The notes under the pieces: model-generated
Database searches by the model: none
The model's input: only the letters and a program-made list of their open reading frames with translations
What the model was told of the DNA's origin: nothing
Assembly (NCBI GenBank): GCA_965223115.1
Contig: OZ244982.1
Coordinates: 378,577 to 442,576 of the forward strand
DNA length: 64,000 nt
Direction of reading: 5' to 3'
DNA from: Gammaproteobacteria bacterium
GTDB taxonomy: Bacteria; Pseudomonadota; Gammaproteobacteria; UBA4575
Program-made: the position numbers and the translations under genes
Shown here: positions 39,732-50,553 of the stretch, one piece after another
Layout of the letters: each line of letters begins with the position of its first letter
Position numbering within the stretch: position 1 is the first letter of the stretch

Positions 39732-40856
39732 CTAAAGTAATTTTTTTAAAATTTTGTAGTAAATAGTCGTCAAATGATTTAATGCATCCAATTCAATATG
39801 CTCATTTACTTTATGGATACTTTTATTAACCGGTCCTAGCTCTACAATTTGTGCGCCTGTTGGTGCAATGAAACGTCCATCTGAAGTACCACCACCTGTA
39901 GAAAGCTCAGGCTTAATATCTAACGTTTCTTGTATTGCTTGTTCACAAGCAGTGGTTAGTTCACTTGGTTCACAGTAAAAGGGATTGCCAGATAAGTGCC
40001 ATTCTATTTCGTAATCTAAATCATGTTTATCCAAAATAGCTAAAATTTTAGATTTAATATCATCGGCAGTAATTTCAGTTGAAAACCTTAAATTAAAATG
40101 GACATGCTTATTACCAGGGATAATATTTGAGGCTCCTGTTCCAGCATTAATATTTGAAATTTGAAATGTCGTTGCAGGGAAATGCTGATTACCACTATCC
40201 CATTCAACGGTGGTTAATTCTAGGAGTGCAGGAGCAAATTCATGTACTGGATTTTTGGCTAAATGTGGATAAGCCACATGACCTTGCACACCTTTTATAT
40301 TTAAACTTGCAGAAATGGATCCCCGGCGACCAATTTTTAAAGTGTCACCAAGTATATGGCTACTGCTAGGCTCACCTATTATGCACATATCTATGTTTTC
40401 ATTTCTGGCTTGTAGGGCCTCAATCACTTTAACTGTACCGTTAACTGCGGGGCCTTCTTCGTCACTTGTCAGTAAAAATGCAATTGATCCTTTGTGCTCA
40501 GGGTTTGATTCAATGAAGTTTTTACATGCTACTGTCATCGCGGCAATACTGGATTTCATGTCAGCTGCACCACGTCCAAAAAGTTTATTATTTCGTACGG
40601 TGGGGCTAAAGGGAGGGGAATCCCACTCATTTTCAGGGCCTGCAGGAACCACATCAGTATGTCCTGCGAATACAAACAAAGGTGCTTCTGATCCGCGGCG
40701 TAACCAGAGGTTGGTCACTTCTCCAAATTGCAGGGTTTCTGCTTCAAAACCTGAGGCTTTTAAGTAATTACAAATGATAGATTGACAACCCGCATCTTCA
40801 GGGGTAACTGAATTCCGCTCAATCAATTGTTTAGTTAATTCTAGTGTGGCAGACAT
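39732..40856 (-). CDS. dapE: Succinyl-diaminopimelate desuccinylase
   Basis: Colinear with E. coli DapE (ELT.QLI.R.S..P.DAGCQ, FAGHTDVVP, FGRGAADMK.S.AAM, TSDEE....NGT.KV.EAL.ARNE, GEPSS, GRRGS, G.QGHVAYPHLA.NPVH, GGTSDGRFIA). The start is placed at ATG 40856 by homology. Confidence 0.95.
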   Translation of the reverse strand: MSATLELTKQLIERNSVTPEDAGCQSIICNYLKASGFEAETLQFGEVTNLWLRRGSEAPLFVFAGHTDVVPAGPENEWDSPPFSPTVRNNKLFGRGAADMKSSIAAMTVACKNFIESNPEHKGSIAFLLTSDEEGPAVNGTVKVIEALQARNENIDMCIIGEPSSSHILGDTLKIGRRGSISASLNIKGVQGHVAYPHLAKNPVHEFAPALLELTTVEWDSGNQHFPATTFQISNINAGTGASNIIPGNKHVHFNLRFSTEITADDIKSKILAILDKHDLDYEIEWHLSGNPFYCEPSELTTACEQAIQETLDIKPELSTGGGTSDGRFIAPTGAQIVELGPVNKSIHKVNEHIELDALNHLTTIYYKILKKLL

Positions 40857-40866
40857 AAGGTTTAAG

Positions 40867-41214
40867 TTATTTAGTAAATTGTTTGGCAAATTTTTTACTA
40901 TCAAAACCAATCTCAATCAGCTTGCCTTTTTGCACAACAGGTCGTTTGATTAAAGTCGGGTATTTCTGCATTAATGTTATCGCTTTTGACTGAGTAAGAT
41001 TAGACTTATCTTTTTCGTTAAGTTCCTTCCAGGTGCGACTGCGTTTGTTTAACAGTACTTCCCAGTTCACAACTTTGCACCATTCACTTAACTGTTTTTT
41101 TGTGATGCCTTGTTTTTTGTAGTCGTGAAAGTCAAATGCAATATTATGATCTTTTAACCATTTTTGCGTTTTTTTTATTTGATCGCAGTTAGGTATGCCA
41201 AATAACTTCAACAT
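40867..41214 (-). CDS. ArsC/Spx-family protein (YffB-like)
   Basis: LFGI.NCD.IKK...WL..HNI...FHDY.........L..W......WE.LLNKRS.TWKEL matches E. coli YffB, which is also adjacent to dapE. Confidence 0.8.
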   Translation of the reverse strand: MLKLFGIPNCDQIKKTQKWLKDHNIAFDFHDYKKQGITKKQLSEWCKVVNWEVLLNKRSRTWKELNEKDKSNLTQSKAITLMQKYPTLIKRPVVQKGKLIEIGFDSKKFAKQFTK

Positions 41215-41217
41215 TGA

Positions 41218-42045
41218 TTAGTCAACCGAGCGTAACAATTCATTAATGCCAACTTTGCTGCGTGTTTTTTCGTCAACTTGTTTGACAATTACCGCGCAAT
41301 ACAAACTATATTTTCCATCCTTTGAAGGTAGATTTCCTGAAACAACCACTGACCCCGCAGGGATGCGCCCATACGTTACTTCACCAGTTTCACGATTATA
41401 AATTTTTGTACTTTTGCCAATATAAACACCCATCGAAATGACAGAGCCTTTTTCTACAATGACGCCCTCTACCACCTCAGATCGTGCGCCAATGAAGCAG
41501 TTGTCTTCAATAATGGTAGGTGAAGCCTGTAGAGGCTCCAATACACCTCCAATACCAACACCACCAGATAAGTGAACGTTTTTACCAATTTGTGCACATG
41601 AGCCAACCGTTGCCCAGGTATCGACCATTGTTCCTGTGTCTACATAAGCACCAATATTTACATAGCTGGGCATGAGTACTACATCGGGAGCAATGTATGC
41701 GCCATGTCTGGCTATTGCAGCAGGAACGACTCGTGCTCCAAGATCTTTAATTTCACTATCACTCATTTGCGAAAATTTTGTTGGTACTTTGTCATAATAC
41801 TTAGTCACCCCAGCATTTATGATTTGATTTTCATTCATACGAAATGAAAGTAATACTGCTTTTTTTAACCATTCATTTACTACCCAGTCAGCACCTTGTT
41901 TTTCGGCAACGCGTAATTCACCTTTATCGAGCTGTTGTAAGGTCATTTGCACAGCATTGCGTACTTCTGAATCTACAGAAGTGGGAGATATTGTTGCAAG
42001 GTTTTCAAATGCAGATTCGATAATTTCTTGGTTTGAGTTACTCAT
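41218..42045 (-). CDS. dapD: 2,3,4,5-tetrahydropyridine-2,6-dicarboxylate N-succinyltransferase
   Basis: Very long identities with E. coli DapD ([137 protein letters not shown]). Confidence 0.97.
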   Translation of the reverse strand: MSNSNQEIIESAFENLATISPTSVDSEVRNAVQMTLQQLDKGELRVAEKQGADWVVNEWLKKAVLLSFRMNENQIINAGVTKYYDKVPTKFSQMSDSEIKDLGARVVPAAIARHGAYIAPDVVLMPSYVNIGAYVDTGTMVDTWATVGSCAQIGKNVHLSGGVGIGGVLEPLQASPTIIEDNCFIGARSEVVEGVIVEKGSVISMGVYIGKSTKIYNRETGEVTYGRIPAGSVVVSGNLPSKDGKYSLYCAVIVKQVDEKTRSKVGINELLRSVD

Positions 42046-42070
42046 TATCTCTCCTGTTGTTTTTACTCTC

Positions 42071-43270
42071 TTAATGTAATTCTTGTAAATACTCTTTTAT
42101 ATGAGTGGCAGCTTGAGTGCATTCCTCTAGCTTTGCAACTAAAGCTAAGCGTACTCGATTTTTACCTGGATTTTTACCATTTACTGTACGAGCTAAATAA
42201 CTACCTGGTAAGGTCAAAACATTTTTCTTTTTGTAAAGAGATTCAGCAAATTGTTCATCATCCATAGGTAGCTTTGGCCATAGATAGAAGCCTGCATCTG
42301 GTCTATCACATGCTAAAATATCTTTGAAAATATCCAGCACAACAGTAAATTTTTCATCATAAAGTTGTTGGTTCTGCTTAACGTGTTCTTCATCTGACCA
42401 TGCGGCAATACTAGCAGCTTGCGTTGCCAATGACATTGCACAACCATGGTATGTACGATACTTTAAAAAATTTTCTATTAACTCAGTGTTGCCTGCAACA
42501 AAGCCAGAACGCAGTCCTGGTGCATTAGATCGTTTAGAAAGGCTATAAAAACTCATACAGTTTTTCATATCAATTACACCTAATTCTTGAGCATAATGTA
42601 GTAAACCCATTGGTGGGGTGCTCTCAAAAGGATATATTTCTGAATAACATTCATCAGATGCAATCACAAAGTTAAATTGAATAGCATGCTCAATTAATTT
42701 TTGTAGTACAGCTTTGGGTGCTACTTCACCAGTAGGATTGCCCGGTGTGCAAATATAAATAAGTTGGCAGCGCTTCCAAATATCTTTATCAAGTTCCCAT
42801 AATGCAGGGATGTCATCGTTAACTACTTTGCAATCATAATAAACAGGCTCAGCTCCTGCGAGTAATGCAGCACCCTCATAAATTTGGTAGAAAGGATTGG
42901 GAATTAGCACTACAGGTTTGGTGTTTGGATTGATTACACACTGTGCAAAGGCAAACAAGGCTTCACGTGTACCATTTACAGGTAGTACATTATTGTCAGC
43001 ATTAAGGTTATGTGTAGAAAGCTTAAACCTACTAGTTAACCAATTAGTGCAGCTCTCGCGTAACTTATCAGAGCCTTTGGTGGTAGGGTATTTTTCAAGC
43101 TGATGTAAGTTATTTGCAAGCGCATCTTTGATGATTTTGGGTGTTTCATGTTTAGGCTCACCGATCGCAAGTGATATAGGTTTAAGTTGTTTGTTTGGTA
43201 TTTTTTCACTTATAAGTTTTTTTAGCTTTTCAAATGGATACGGTTGAAGATTTTGTAAATATGGGTTCAT
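42071..43270 (-). CDS. dapC: Class I aminotransferase, probable succinyldiaminopimelate transaminase
   Basis: PLP aminotransferase motifs ([21 protein letters not shown]). It occupies the glnD-dapC-dapD position seen in Pseudomonas/Bordetella-type dap clusters. Confidence 0.7.
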   Translation of the reverse strand: MNPYLQNLQPYPFEKLKKLISEKIPNKQLKPISLAIGEPKHETPKIIKDALANNLHQLEKYPTTKGSDKLRESCTNWLTSRFKLSTHNLNADNNVLPVNGTREALFAFAQCVINPNTKPVVLIPNPFYQIYEGAALLAGAEPVYYDCKVVNDDIPALWELDKDIWKRCQLIYICTPGNPTGEVAPKAVLQKLIEHAIQFNFVIASDECYSEIYPFESTPPMGLLHYAQELGVIDMKNCMSFYSLSKRSNAPGLRSGFVAGNTELIENFLKYRTYHGCAMSLATQAASIAAWSDEEHVKQNQQLYDEKFTVVLDIFKDILACDRPDAGFYLWPKLPMDDEQFAESLYKKKNVLTLPGSYLARTVNGKNPGKNRVRLALVAKLEECTQAATHIKEYLQELH

Positions 43271-43284
43271 AGCGGGAGAGTAGA

Positions 43285-45969
43285 TTATACAGCGAGTGAG
43301 ATTTGTTTAGGTTGTAATAAATTTTCTCTAATTGCTTGCGAAATGTTGTTTTGTTGTTGCTCGGTTAAGGGTTGATTATCCAGATCGCTGATTTGAAAAA
43401 TGTTATGAACACGTTCACCTAGTGTAGAGATGCGAGCATCATGTACAGAGATATTGCAGTCTACAAATGTATTACCAATACTTGCCAGCAATCCAGGGAA
43501 ATCAGGTGCTTTGAGCTCCAAACTTGTATATGGCTTGGTTTTGTTGTTTTCAAAATGAATTTCGATTGGCACTCTTAACTCCCTTACGCGACGGGGCAGT
43601 TTTTGTATGGCAGTGTCTTCAATTAAATCAGGGTTCTCAAGCAGCTCTCTAAGCTGGTGAGCTACTAGTCTGCATTGCTTAACATCATTAATAGGCTCGT
43701 TATTTGAATCTAAAACTAAAAAAGTATCTAAAGCATGGCCAGTTTTAGATGTAATAATTCTTGCATGAACAATAGAAATACCCAGTTTTGACAATATAGA
43801 TGTGATATGTGCAAATAAATAATTTCTGTCTTTGCAGTAAATAAAAATTTCTGTCGCACCTCTAACACTGTATTGATGGATCTTTACGATTATTCTATCG
43901 TCATCTTGGTTTTCTAGTATGGCTTGTGTATGACGAACAACTTCTTCATCAGAATGACGTAAAAAATATTCATCTTCTAATTCTTGCCATAATGATATGC
44001 ATTGTTTTTTATCAATGCCTTGTTTTTGTAATTTTAGAAGGGCGGATTTTTTTACTTCTTGGGTAAGCTCTTCATGGCTAATTTGCGAGTCTGATTCTTG
44101 TCTCAAATATCTTGAAGTACTTTGATAAAGTTCTGCCAGTAAGGTGCTCCGCCAATTATTCCAGAGTTTTGGATTTGTTCCGCGTATATCTGCAATGGTG
44201 AGCAAGTATAAATAATTTAAGCGCGTCAAGTTGCCTATATTTTTAGCGAAATTTTTGATCACATCGGGGTCATCAATATCTTCATTTTGTGCGGTCATTG
44301 ACATAATAAGATGATTTTTAACTAACCAGCTAATAAGCTTTGTATCAAATTCGCTTATGTCATGTTGGTGACAAAAAGATATTACTTCTTCTGCGCCTAA
44401 ATCTGAGTGATCTCCACCTCTACCTTTTGCGATATCATGAAATAAAGCAGCTATATATAGAATTAACGCTTTAGGGGTTTGAGTGAAAATATCATGATAG
44501 GTTTCATTTTCTGGGTTTGCATTGGGCTCGCTAAATTTGCATGCATTCTCAAATACCTGAAGAGTATGTTCTTCAACTGTGTATACATGGAATAAATCGA
44601 ACTGCATTCTTCCTGTGACTGCATCAAAGTTAGGCCAGTATTTGCCGAGCACGCCGAGTTGAGCCATGCGTCTGATTTCGCGATAACTTGTATGGGGTTG
44701 ATTGAGGATAGAGATAAAAGTATTGCAGTTATTGAAATCACTTCTGAATTCTTCGTCTATCACATGTAAATGATCGATGATTAGTTGTTCAAGCTGATCG
44801 CTGAAACCATTAATGTTTTGATGGTGCTGTAATATTTGAAAACATTCCAATATTGTAGAGGGTTTGTTTGTAAAAATATTTTTGTTAGTGGATTCCAGTA
44901 AATTAGCTCGAGCTTGGAAGTACTCATTTATAGGCTTTGCTCTTCTTTTAAATAGCCCGGGGAATATATTGGAACGCAATCGATTAATAATAATTTCTGA
45001 AAGAATTTCAAGTTGATTGCTGTTTCTATAAAAAACTTGCATGAACTCTTCTACACGATGGTTGTGGTTGTCACTTTTGAACCCTAATAGAGTTGCTATG
45101 TCATGTTGATAGTCAAACAATAAGCGGTCTTCACCACGTTGCAGGTGTATGTGTAATGTAAATCTAATTTTTGCAATATTTTTATATGCTTTTTGTATTA
45201 GGTTTAATTCATTGTTCGTTAAAAAATCTTTTGCTACAAGCTCTTCAAATGATTTGGTCTTGAAATAGCGGTTTGTCAGCCACCTTAGGGTATGGATGTC
45301 TCTCAGACCACCAGGATTTTCTTTGACATTTGGCTCAAGATGGTTTGCTGTATCGCCGAATTTATGGTGTCGATTTTCAAGCTCGATAATTTTTTCTTTA
45401 AAAAACTTTTTGCTTGGCCAAATTTTTTCTTCTGTTATTAATTTGTCTATGTGATAAAAAAGGCCTTTATTACCAGATAAATAATAAAGCTCCATTAAAC
45501 TTGTCATCACTGTAATATCTTTTTTAGCTTCAGTAATGCAGTCTTTGATTGTACGAACAGATTGAGCGATGGGTAAGTTTATATCCCATAAAAAAGTTAG
45601 AAAAGATTCTATTTTTGTGGTTACAGATGGATCTATTTCTTCCTTGAGAACGATCATTAGGTCTATATCAGATTCTGGGAAAAGTTCACGGCGACCATAA
45701 CCACCTATTGCAATAAGAGCAGCATCTTCTGTAGGTAAGTTTAATTTATCCCATAGATGGCGTAATAGTGCATCCATTGCACATGTATTGATCGAAATTA
45801 ATTCATAAATATCAGCTTGATTGTCAAAATACTCTTTAAGTAATAGTAGTAAGTCATTTCTAAATAGCTTGTAACTTGAAACGCTAGTTTCTAAAGGTTC
45901 TTTTTTATTCAGATATTTTAAAATTGATGTATCGGCATCCAGTACATCAAGTATGTTTAAATTGAGCAT
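43285..45969 (-). CDS. glnD: [Protein-PII] uridylyltransferase/uridylyl-removing enzyme
   Basis: N-terminal NTase (GGYGRRELFPESDIDL), HD domain (LFHDIAKGRGGDHS), two C-terminal ACT domains, and map-glnD synteny. Confidence 0.93.
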   Translation of the reverse strand: MLNLNILDVLDADTSILKYLNKKEPLETSVSSYKLFRNDLLLLLKEYFDNQADIYELISINTCAMDALLRHLWDKLNLPTEDAALIAIGGYGRRELFPESDIDLMIVLKEEIDPSVTTKIESFLTFLWDINLPIAQSVRTIKDCITEAKKDITVMTSLMELYYLSGNKGLFYHIDKLITEEKIWPSKKFFKEKIIELENRHHKFGDTANHLEPNVKENPGGLRDIHTLRWLTNRYFKTKSFEELVAKDFLTNNELNLIQKAYKNIAKIRFTLHIHLQRGEDRLLFDYQHDIATLLGFKSDNHNHRVEEFMQVFYRNSNQLEILSEIIINRLRSNIFPGLFKRRAKPINEYFQARANLLESTNKNIFTNKPSTILECFQILQHHQNINGFSDQLEQLIIDHLHVIDEEFRSDFNNCNTFISILNQPHTSYREIRRMAQLGVLGKYWPNFDAVTGRMQFDLFHVYTVEEHTLQVFENACKFSEPNANPENETYHDIFTQTPKALILYIAALFHDIAKGRGGDHSDLGAEEVISFCHQHDISEFDTKLISWLVKNHLIMSMTAQNEDIDDPDVIKNFAKNIGNLTRLNYLYLLTIADIRGTNPKLWNNWRSTLLAELYQSTSRYLRQESDSQISHEELTQEVKKSALLKLQKQGIDKKQCISLWQELEDEYFLRHSDEEVVRHTQAILENQDDDRIIVKIHQYSVRGATEIFIYCKDRNYLFAHITSILSKLGISIVHARIITSKTGHALDTFLVLDSNNEPINDVKQCRLVAHQLRELLENPDLIEDTAIQKLPRRVRELRVPIEIHFENNKTKPYTSLELKAPDFPGLLASIGNTFVDCNISVHDARISTLGERVHNIFQISDLDNQPLTEQQQNNISQAIRENLLQPKQISLAV

Positions 45970-46032
45970 TGGTTAAAAATGTATGCCGAGTAGTGTTTGG
46001 TATTTATTGTTTGCGCTATGAATAATGAATAT

Positions 46033-46800
46033 TTATAAATTTTCATCATTTCGTAATGTCAGTACTTCATGACCATTATTAGTGACAAGGATAGTATGTT
46101 CCCACTGTGCAGATAGGCTGTGATCTTTTGTTACTACAGTCCAACCGTCCGGCAACAGCTTTACATTACGTTTACCAGCATTAACCATGGGTTCTATAGT
46201 AAAGGTCATGCCGGGGGTTAGTTCGACACCTGTACCTGGTTTGCCATAATGTAATACTTGAGGTTCTTCATGGAACATGCGGCCTATGCCATGGCCACAG
46301 TATTCTCGTACAACTGTGCAACGATTTTTTTCGACAAAAGACTGGATTGCATGTCCAATATCACCGAGCTTAGCGCCTGGTTTAACTTGATGGATACCAA
46401 TTTTTAATGCTTCATAAGTGAGCTCAACTAGACGATTGGCAAGCACTGAAGGTTTACCAATCATGAACATTTTGCTGGTGTCGCCGTGGAAGCCATCTTT
46501 TATTATGGTAATGTCTATATTAACAATATCGCCGTTTTTGAGTTTGCGATCGCCAGGAATACCATGACAAACTTGGTGATTTACAGATGTGCAGATAGAT
46601 TTTGGAAAGCCGCGATAGTTAAGTGGTGCTGGAATGGCGTCAAGCTCATTGACAATATATTCGTGACAGAGGCTGTCTAGCTCGTTTGTGCTGATACCAG
46701 GACCTACATGGCTTTCTATCATTTCAAGGACTGCTGAGGCTAATTTGCCAGCAGTGCGCATTTTTTCAATTTCTACTTGAGATTTTATGCTTATGCTCAT
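46033..46800 (-). CDS. map: Methionine aminopeptidase type I
   Basis: Metal-ligand motifs are conserved: VCHGIP, DIVNIDIT, GDTS, GHGIG..FHE, FTIEP, EHT. Confidence 0.95.
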   Translation of the reverse strand: MSISIKSQVEIEKMRTAGKLASAVLEMIESHVGPGISTNELDSLCHEYIVNELDAIPAPLNYRGFPKSICTSVNHQVCHGIPGDRKLKNGDIVNIDITIIKDGFHGDTSKMFMIGKPSVLANRLVELTYEALKIGIHQVKPGAKLGDIGHAIQSFVEKNRCTVVREYCGHGIGRMFHEEPQVLHYGKPGTGVELTPGMTFTIEPMVNAGKRNVKLLPDGWTVVTKDHSLSAQWEHTILVTNNGHEVLTLRNDENL

Positions 46801-46863
46801 TTGATTGATTATCTATTACGATAGATATAGTTTGTCTAAGTGATTGTTCCAAATAAGTAATCA

Positions 46864-46995
46864 TGTTATAAAGCGCCCGCGCATAGCGCAAATACACTTT
46901 AAATTCACACGCGTATCGTCACATGTGGTTGGGTGCTCATTGTAGTTTCCACATGGGGTGCGCGGAGGTATAACCCGTAAGGAGCATTACATATC
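46864..46995 (+). promoter_or_regulatory. Putative rpsB-tsf promoter (extended -10 TGTTATAAA) and structured 5' leader
   Basis: TG-n-TATAAA at 46864-46872. The leader contains CATGTGG (46922-46928) / CCACATG (46949-46955) and long-range CCGCGCA (46877-46883) / TGCGCGG (46959-46965) pairings. An S2-autoregulated structured leader is known in E. coli and other gammaproteobacteria. Confidence 0.4.
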
Positions 46996-48255
46996 ATGGC
47001 GAATGTCACAATGCGTCAGATGCTAGAGGCTGGCGTGCATTTCGGGCATCAAACCCGATACTGGAATCCGAAAATGAGCCCTTATATTTTCGGTGAACGA
47101 AATAAGATACACATTATTAATCTTGAGAAAACATTACCTATGTTTCTCGATGCTGCGACATTTCTTGGAAATATGGTAGCGAATAAAGGGACCGTTTTGT
47201 TCGTAGGCACTAAACGTTCTGCACGAGATGCAATTCAAGAAGAGGCAATACGCTGTGGGATGCCGTACGTTAACCATCGTTGGTTGGGTGGCATGCTAAC
47301 TAATTTTAATACCGTAAAAAAATCTATTCAGCGTTTACAAGATCTTGAGCAAATCGCAAGTGGTGATGGGGTTGAACGCTTGAGTAAAAAAGAAGTATTG
47401 CTGCTAAAGCGTGAGCTTTTTAAATTAGATCGAAGTCTAGGTGGCATTAAAAACATGCCAAGTCTCCCGGATGTATTGTTTGTCATTGATGTAGGTTATG
47501 AAGCAATTGCTGTGAACGAGGCTAACAAGCTGGGAATTCCTGTAGTAGCAGTTGTAGATAGTAATAACAAAGTGGATGGTGTGGATTATGTTATTCCGGG
47601 TAACGACGATGCCATTCGTGCTATTAAGCTATATGCCTCACATATAGCTGATGCTGTCATAGAAGGCAAAGAAAGTTCTCGCATTATGTCTGGTAATGAG
47701 GATGATTTTGTCGAGATAGATGAAACTGGAAAAGTTGCGCAATCAGAGGAAAAAGTAAAGTCTAAGCCCAAGCAAAAAGTAACGGTTAAGAAAAAAATAA
47801 CTAGCCAAAGTCCTGAGAAGGAAGATTCGCCACAGTCTAGTTCTAATGATGGGACTCCAATTATAGATATAGAAGGTATTGGACCTAAATATGCAGAAGC
47901 CTTAGAAAAGATTGGTATTTCTTCAGTAGAAAAATTACTAGAAAAATGTGCTACAGCAGAAGCGCAAGCTAAATATGCTGAGCTGTCAGGAGTAAGTGAG
48001 AAATCGATAGAACGATGGGTAAAGATGAGTGACTTCTTTCGTTTAACAGGGGTCGGAGGGAATGAAGCTGAACTTTTAGAAGTGAGTGGTTTTAATTCTA
48101 TAGCAGATATAGCAATGGCAGATGCCGATGATGTATTGGCAAAGCTGACTGCATGTAATGAAGAGAAATCATTAGCACCCAGTGTACCAGATAAATCAAA
48201 TATTGAATCTTGGATTACACAGGCGAAATCTTTGCCAGCAATACTTACAAACTAA
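46996..48255 (+). CDS. rpsB: 30S ribosomal protein S2 with a C-terminal extension of about 170 aa (KE-rich linker plus two helix-hairpin-helix, DUF4332-like)
   Basis: The S2 core reads [55 protein letters not shown]....[16 protein letters not shown] continuous ORF then runs through [17 protein letters not shown]... to [17 protein letters not shown]... and [17 protein letters not shown]. Confidence 0.9.
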   Translation: MANVTMRQMLEAGVHFGHQTRYWNPKMSPYIFGERNKIHIINLEKTLPMFLDAATFLGNMVANKGTVLFVGTKRSARDAIQEEAIRCGMPYVNHRWLGGMLTNFNTVKKSIQRLQDLEQIASGDGVERLSKKEVLLLKRELFKLDRSLGGIKNMPSLPDVLFVIDVGYEAIAVNEANKLGIPVVAVVDSNNKVDGVDYVIPGNDDAIRAIKLYASHIADAVIEGKESSRIMSGNEDDFVEIDETGKVAQSEEKVKSKPKQKVTVKKKITSQSPEKEDSPQSSSNDGTPIIDIEGIGPKYAEALEKIGISSVEKLLEKCATAEAQAKYAELSGVSEKSIERWVKMSDFFRLTGVGGNEAELLEVSGFNSIADIAMADADDVLAKLTACNEEKSLAPSVPDKSNIESWITQAKSLPAILTN

Positions 48256-48292
48256 ATGTTTTTATTACACAAGAATTGATTTAGGAAGAGCA

Positions 48293-49189
48293 ATGCAAAT
48301 AACAGCAAGCATGGTAAAAGAACTGCGTGAACGCACTGGCGCAGGCATGATGGAATGTAAAAAAGCACTCACTGAGAGTAGTGGTGATATGGAAGCTGCA
48401 ATCGCTGAAATGCGTAAATCAGGTCAAGCTAAGGCAGATAAGAAAGCAGGACGTATTGCAGCAGAGGGGACGATTGCAATTGCAGTGTCTGATGATGGAT
48501 CATTGGCTGCAATTGTTGAAGTAAATTGTGAAACAGATTTTGTTGCTAAAGATGATCAGTTCCAATCATTTTCTAAGCAATTAGCCAATATAGTGCTTTT
48601 AAATAATTTAAATTCTGTAGCTGAGCTTGGTGATACTGCTATGGACTCAGGTCAGACAGTTGAGCAAACTCGTTTAGAATTGGTAACAAAAATAGGTGAA
48701 AATATTCAAGTGCGGCGTTTTCAAAAACAAAGTGCTGAAGGAGTAATAGCGAGTTATGCGCATGGCAAGCGCATTGGTGTGTTAGTTGACTATACTGGAG
48801 GGGCTGAAGCATTAGGTAAAGATATTGCTATGCATATTGCTGCAGTGAACCCTATCTGTGTTAGTACAAATGAAGTTCCAGCTGAAGTTTTGGATAAGGA
48901 AAGAGAGATTGCTAAAGCACAAGCTGATTCAAGTGGTAAGCCGCCTGAAATTGTTGAAAAAATGATACAAGGGAAGGTAAATAAATTTATAAAAGAGAAT
49001 ACTTTGCTTGGTCAGGCATTTGTTAAGGATGATAGTCAATCAGTAGAAAAATATTTAAAAAATGCTAACGCCACGGTGTATAAATTTATACGCTTCGAGG
49101 TGGGCGAAGGCTTAGAGAAAAGATCAGAAAACTTTGCTGATGAAGTCATGGCACAAGTTAAAGAGAGTGAAACCAAAGAAGATGATTAA
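48293..49189 (+). CDS. tsf: Elongation factor Ts
   Basis: ITASMVKELRERTGAGMMECKKAL (UBA-like N-terminus), VE.NCETDFVAK, IAMHIAA..P. The start is placed at ATG 48293 (AGGAAG upstream). Confidence 0.95.
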   Translation: MQITASMVKELRERTGAGMMECKKALTESSGDMEAAIAEMRKSGQAKADKKAGRIAAEGTIAIAVSDDGSLAAIVEVNCETDFVAKDDQFQSFSKQLANIVLLNNLNSVAELGDTAMDSGQTVEQTRLELVTKIGENIQVRRFQKQSAEGVIASYAHGKRIGVLVDYTGGAEALGKDIAMHIAAVNPICVSTNEVPAEVLDKEREIAKAQADSSGKPPEIVEKMIQGKVNKFIKENTLLGQAFVKDDSQSVEKYLKNANATVYKFIRFEVGEGLEKRSENFADEVMAQVKESETKEDD

Positions 49190-49190
49190 G

Positions 49191-49224
49191 ATATAAAAAA
49201 GGGGCTAGGCCCCTTTTTTTATAT
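49191..49224 (+). terminator. Rho-independent terminator after tsf
   Basis: ATATAAAAAAGGGGC-TAG-GCCCCTTTTTTTATAT. Confidence 0.85.
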
Positions 49225-49234
49225 CTGAATATTT

Positions 49235-49960
49235 ATGTCAAATAATAATATTAAATATAGACGAATACTATTAAAGCTAAGTGGTGAAGCTTTAATGGGG
49301 CGCTATGATTACGGAATAGATCCTGAAGTTATTACACGCATTGCAAAAGAAATTGTTCATGTAAATCGACTTGGTGTAGAAGTTGCAGTAGTGATCGGTG
49401 GGGGTAATATTTTTCGAGGGGCAGGGTTAGCACAGGGCGGCATGGACAGGGTAACGGCGGACCAAATGGGAATGCTTGCTACGGTAATAAACTGCTTGGC
49501 ATTACAAGATTCTTTAGAAAATTTGGGTGTATATTGTCGTGTGATGTCTGCGTTAAAGATTAATCAAGTGTGTGAAGATTACATACGCAGAAGAGCAATA
49601 AGGCATTTAGAAAAAGGCAGGGTTGTAGTATTTGCGGCAGGTACTGGAAACCCATATTTTACAACAGATTCAGCAGCAAGCTTGAGGGCTTCGGAAATAA
49701 ACGCAGATATTATGCTAAAAGCTACTAAAGTAGATGGGGTTTATGATGATGATCCACACAAAAACCCTGCGGCCAAAATGTATGAAAGTATTAATTATGA
49801 TGAAGCTATTAATAAAAAACTTGGTGTAATGGATGCAACGGCATTAGTGCTTTGCAGAGATAACAATATTCCTCTTCGTGTGTTTAATTTGTTTAACGAA
49901 GGTGATCTAACAAAAATAATTCAAGGTGAAACAATCGGCACTACAGTGATGGGAGTCTAG
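49235..49960 (+). CDS. pyrH: UMP kinase
   Basis: [44 protein letters not shown]....[10 protein letters not shown]. Confidence 0.95.
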   Translation: MSNNNIKYRRILLKLSGEALMGRYDYGIDPEVITRIAKEIVHVNRLGVEVAVVIGGGNIFRGAGLAQGGMDRVTADQMGMLATVINCLALQDSLENLGVYCRVMSALKINQVCEDYIRRRAIRHLEKGRVVVFAAGTGNPYFTTDSAASLRASEINADIMLKATKVDGVYDDDPHKNPAAKMYESINYDEAINKKLGVMDATALVLCRDNNIPLRVFNLFNEGDLTKIIQGETIGTTVMGV

Positions 49961-49962
49961 TT

Positions 49963-50520
49963 GTGATTGAGGATATCAAAAAAGATGCGGAACAACGCAT
50001 GCGTAAAAGTATAGATGCTTTATCTAATGAGCTTTCAAAAATTCGTACAGGTAGAGCAAATGCGCGTTTATTAGATCATGTGATGGTAGAGTATTATGGG
50101 AATGAAGTGCCTATTAACCAAGCAGCTACAGTGGCCGTAGAAGATGCGCGTACAATTGCTATAACACCTTGGGAAAATTCTCTTGTTCCTGTAATTGAAA
50201 AAGCCATTTTAAGTTCAGATCTTGGGCTTAATCCAACTACGGCGGGAACGGTTATTAGAGTAATCATGCCACCTTTGACTGAAGAGCGACGTAAAGACTT
50301 AGTTAAAGTGGTTAAACAGGAAGCAGAAAAAGGACGTATTGCGATTCGAAATATTCGTCGCGATGCTAATGCAGATTTTAAAGAGCTGTTAAAGGAAAAA
50401 GAGATTTCCGAAGATGAGGATCATCAGGCACAAGATGAAGTCCAGAAGCTTACTGATCAATTTATTAAAGAGATTGAGGCTATTATAGTACAAAAGGAAA
50501 AAGATCTGATGGAAGTTTAA
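49963..50520 (+). CDS. frr: Ribosome recycling factor
   Basis: [11 protein letters not shown]...V.YYG...P..Q.A......AR...[14 protein letters not shown]...E..R.A.RN.RRD. GTG start. Confidence 0.94.
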   Translation: MIEDIKKDAEQRMRKSIDALSNELSKIRTGRANARLLDHVMVEYYGNEVPINQAATVAVEDARTIAITPWENSLVPVIEKAILSSDLGLNPTTAGTVIRVIMPPLTEERRKDLVKVVKQEAEKGRIAIRNIRRDANADFKELLKEKEISEDEDHQAQDEVQKLTDQFIKEIEAIIVQKEKDLMEV

Positions 50521-50553
50521 AATAATATTATTTCCATTCAGTTCATTTTATAA

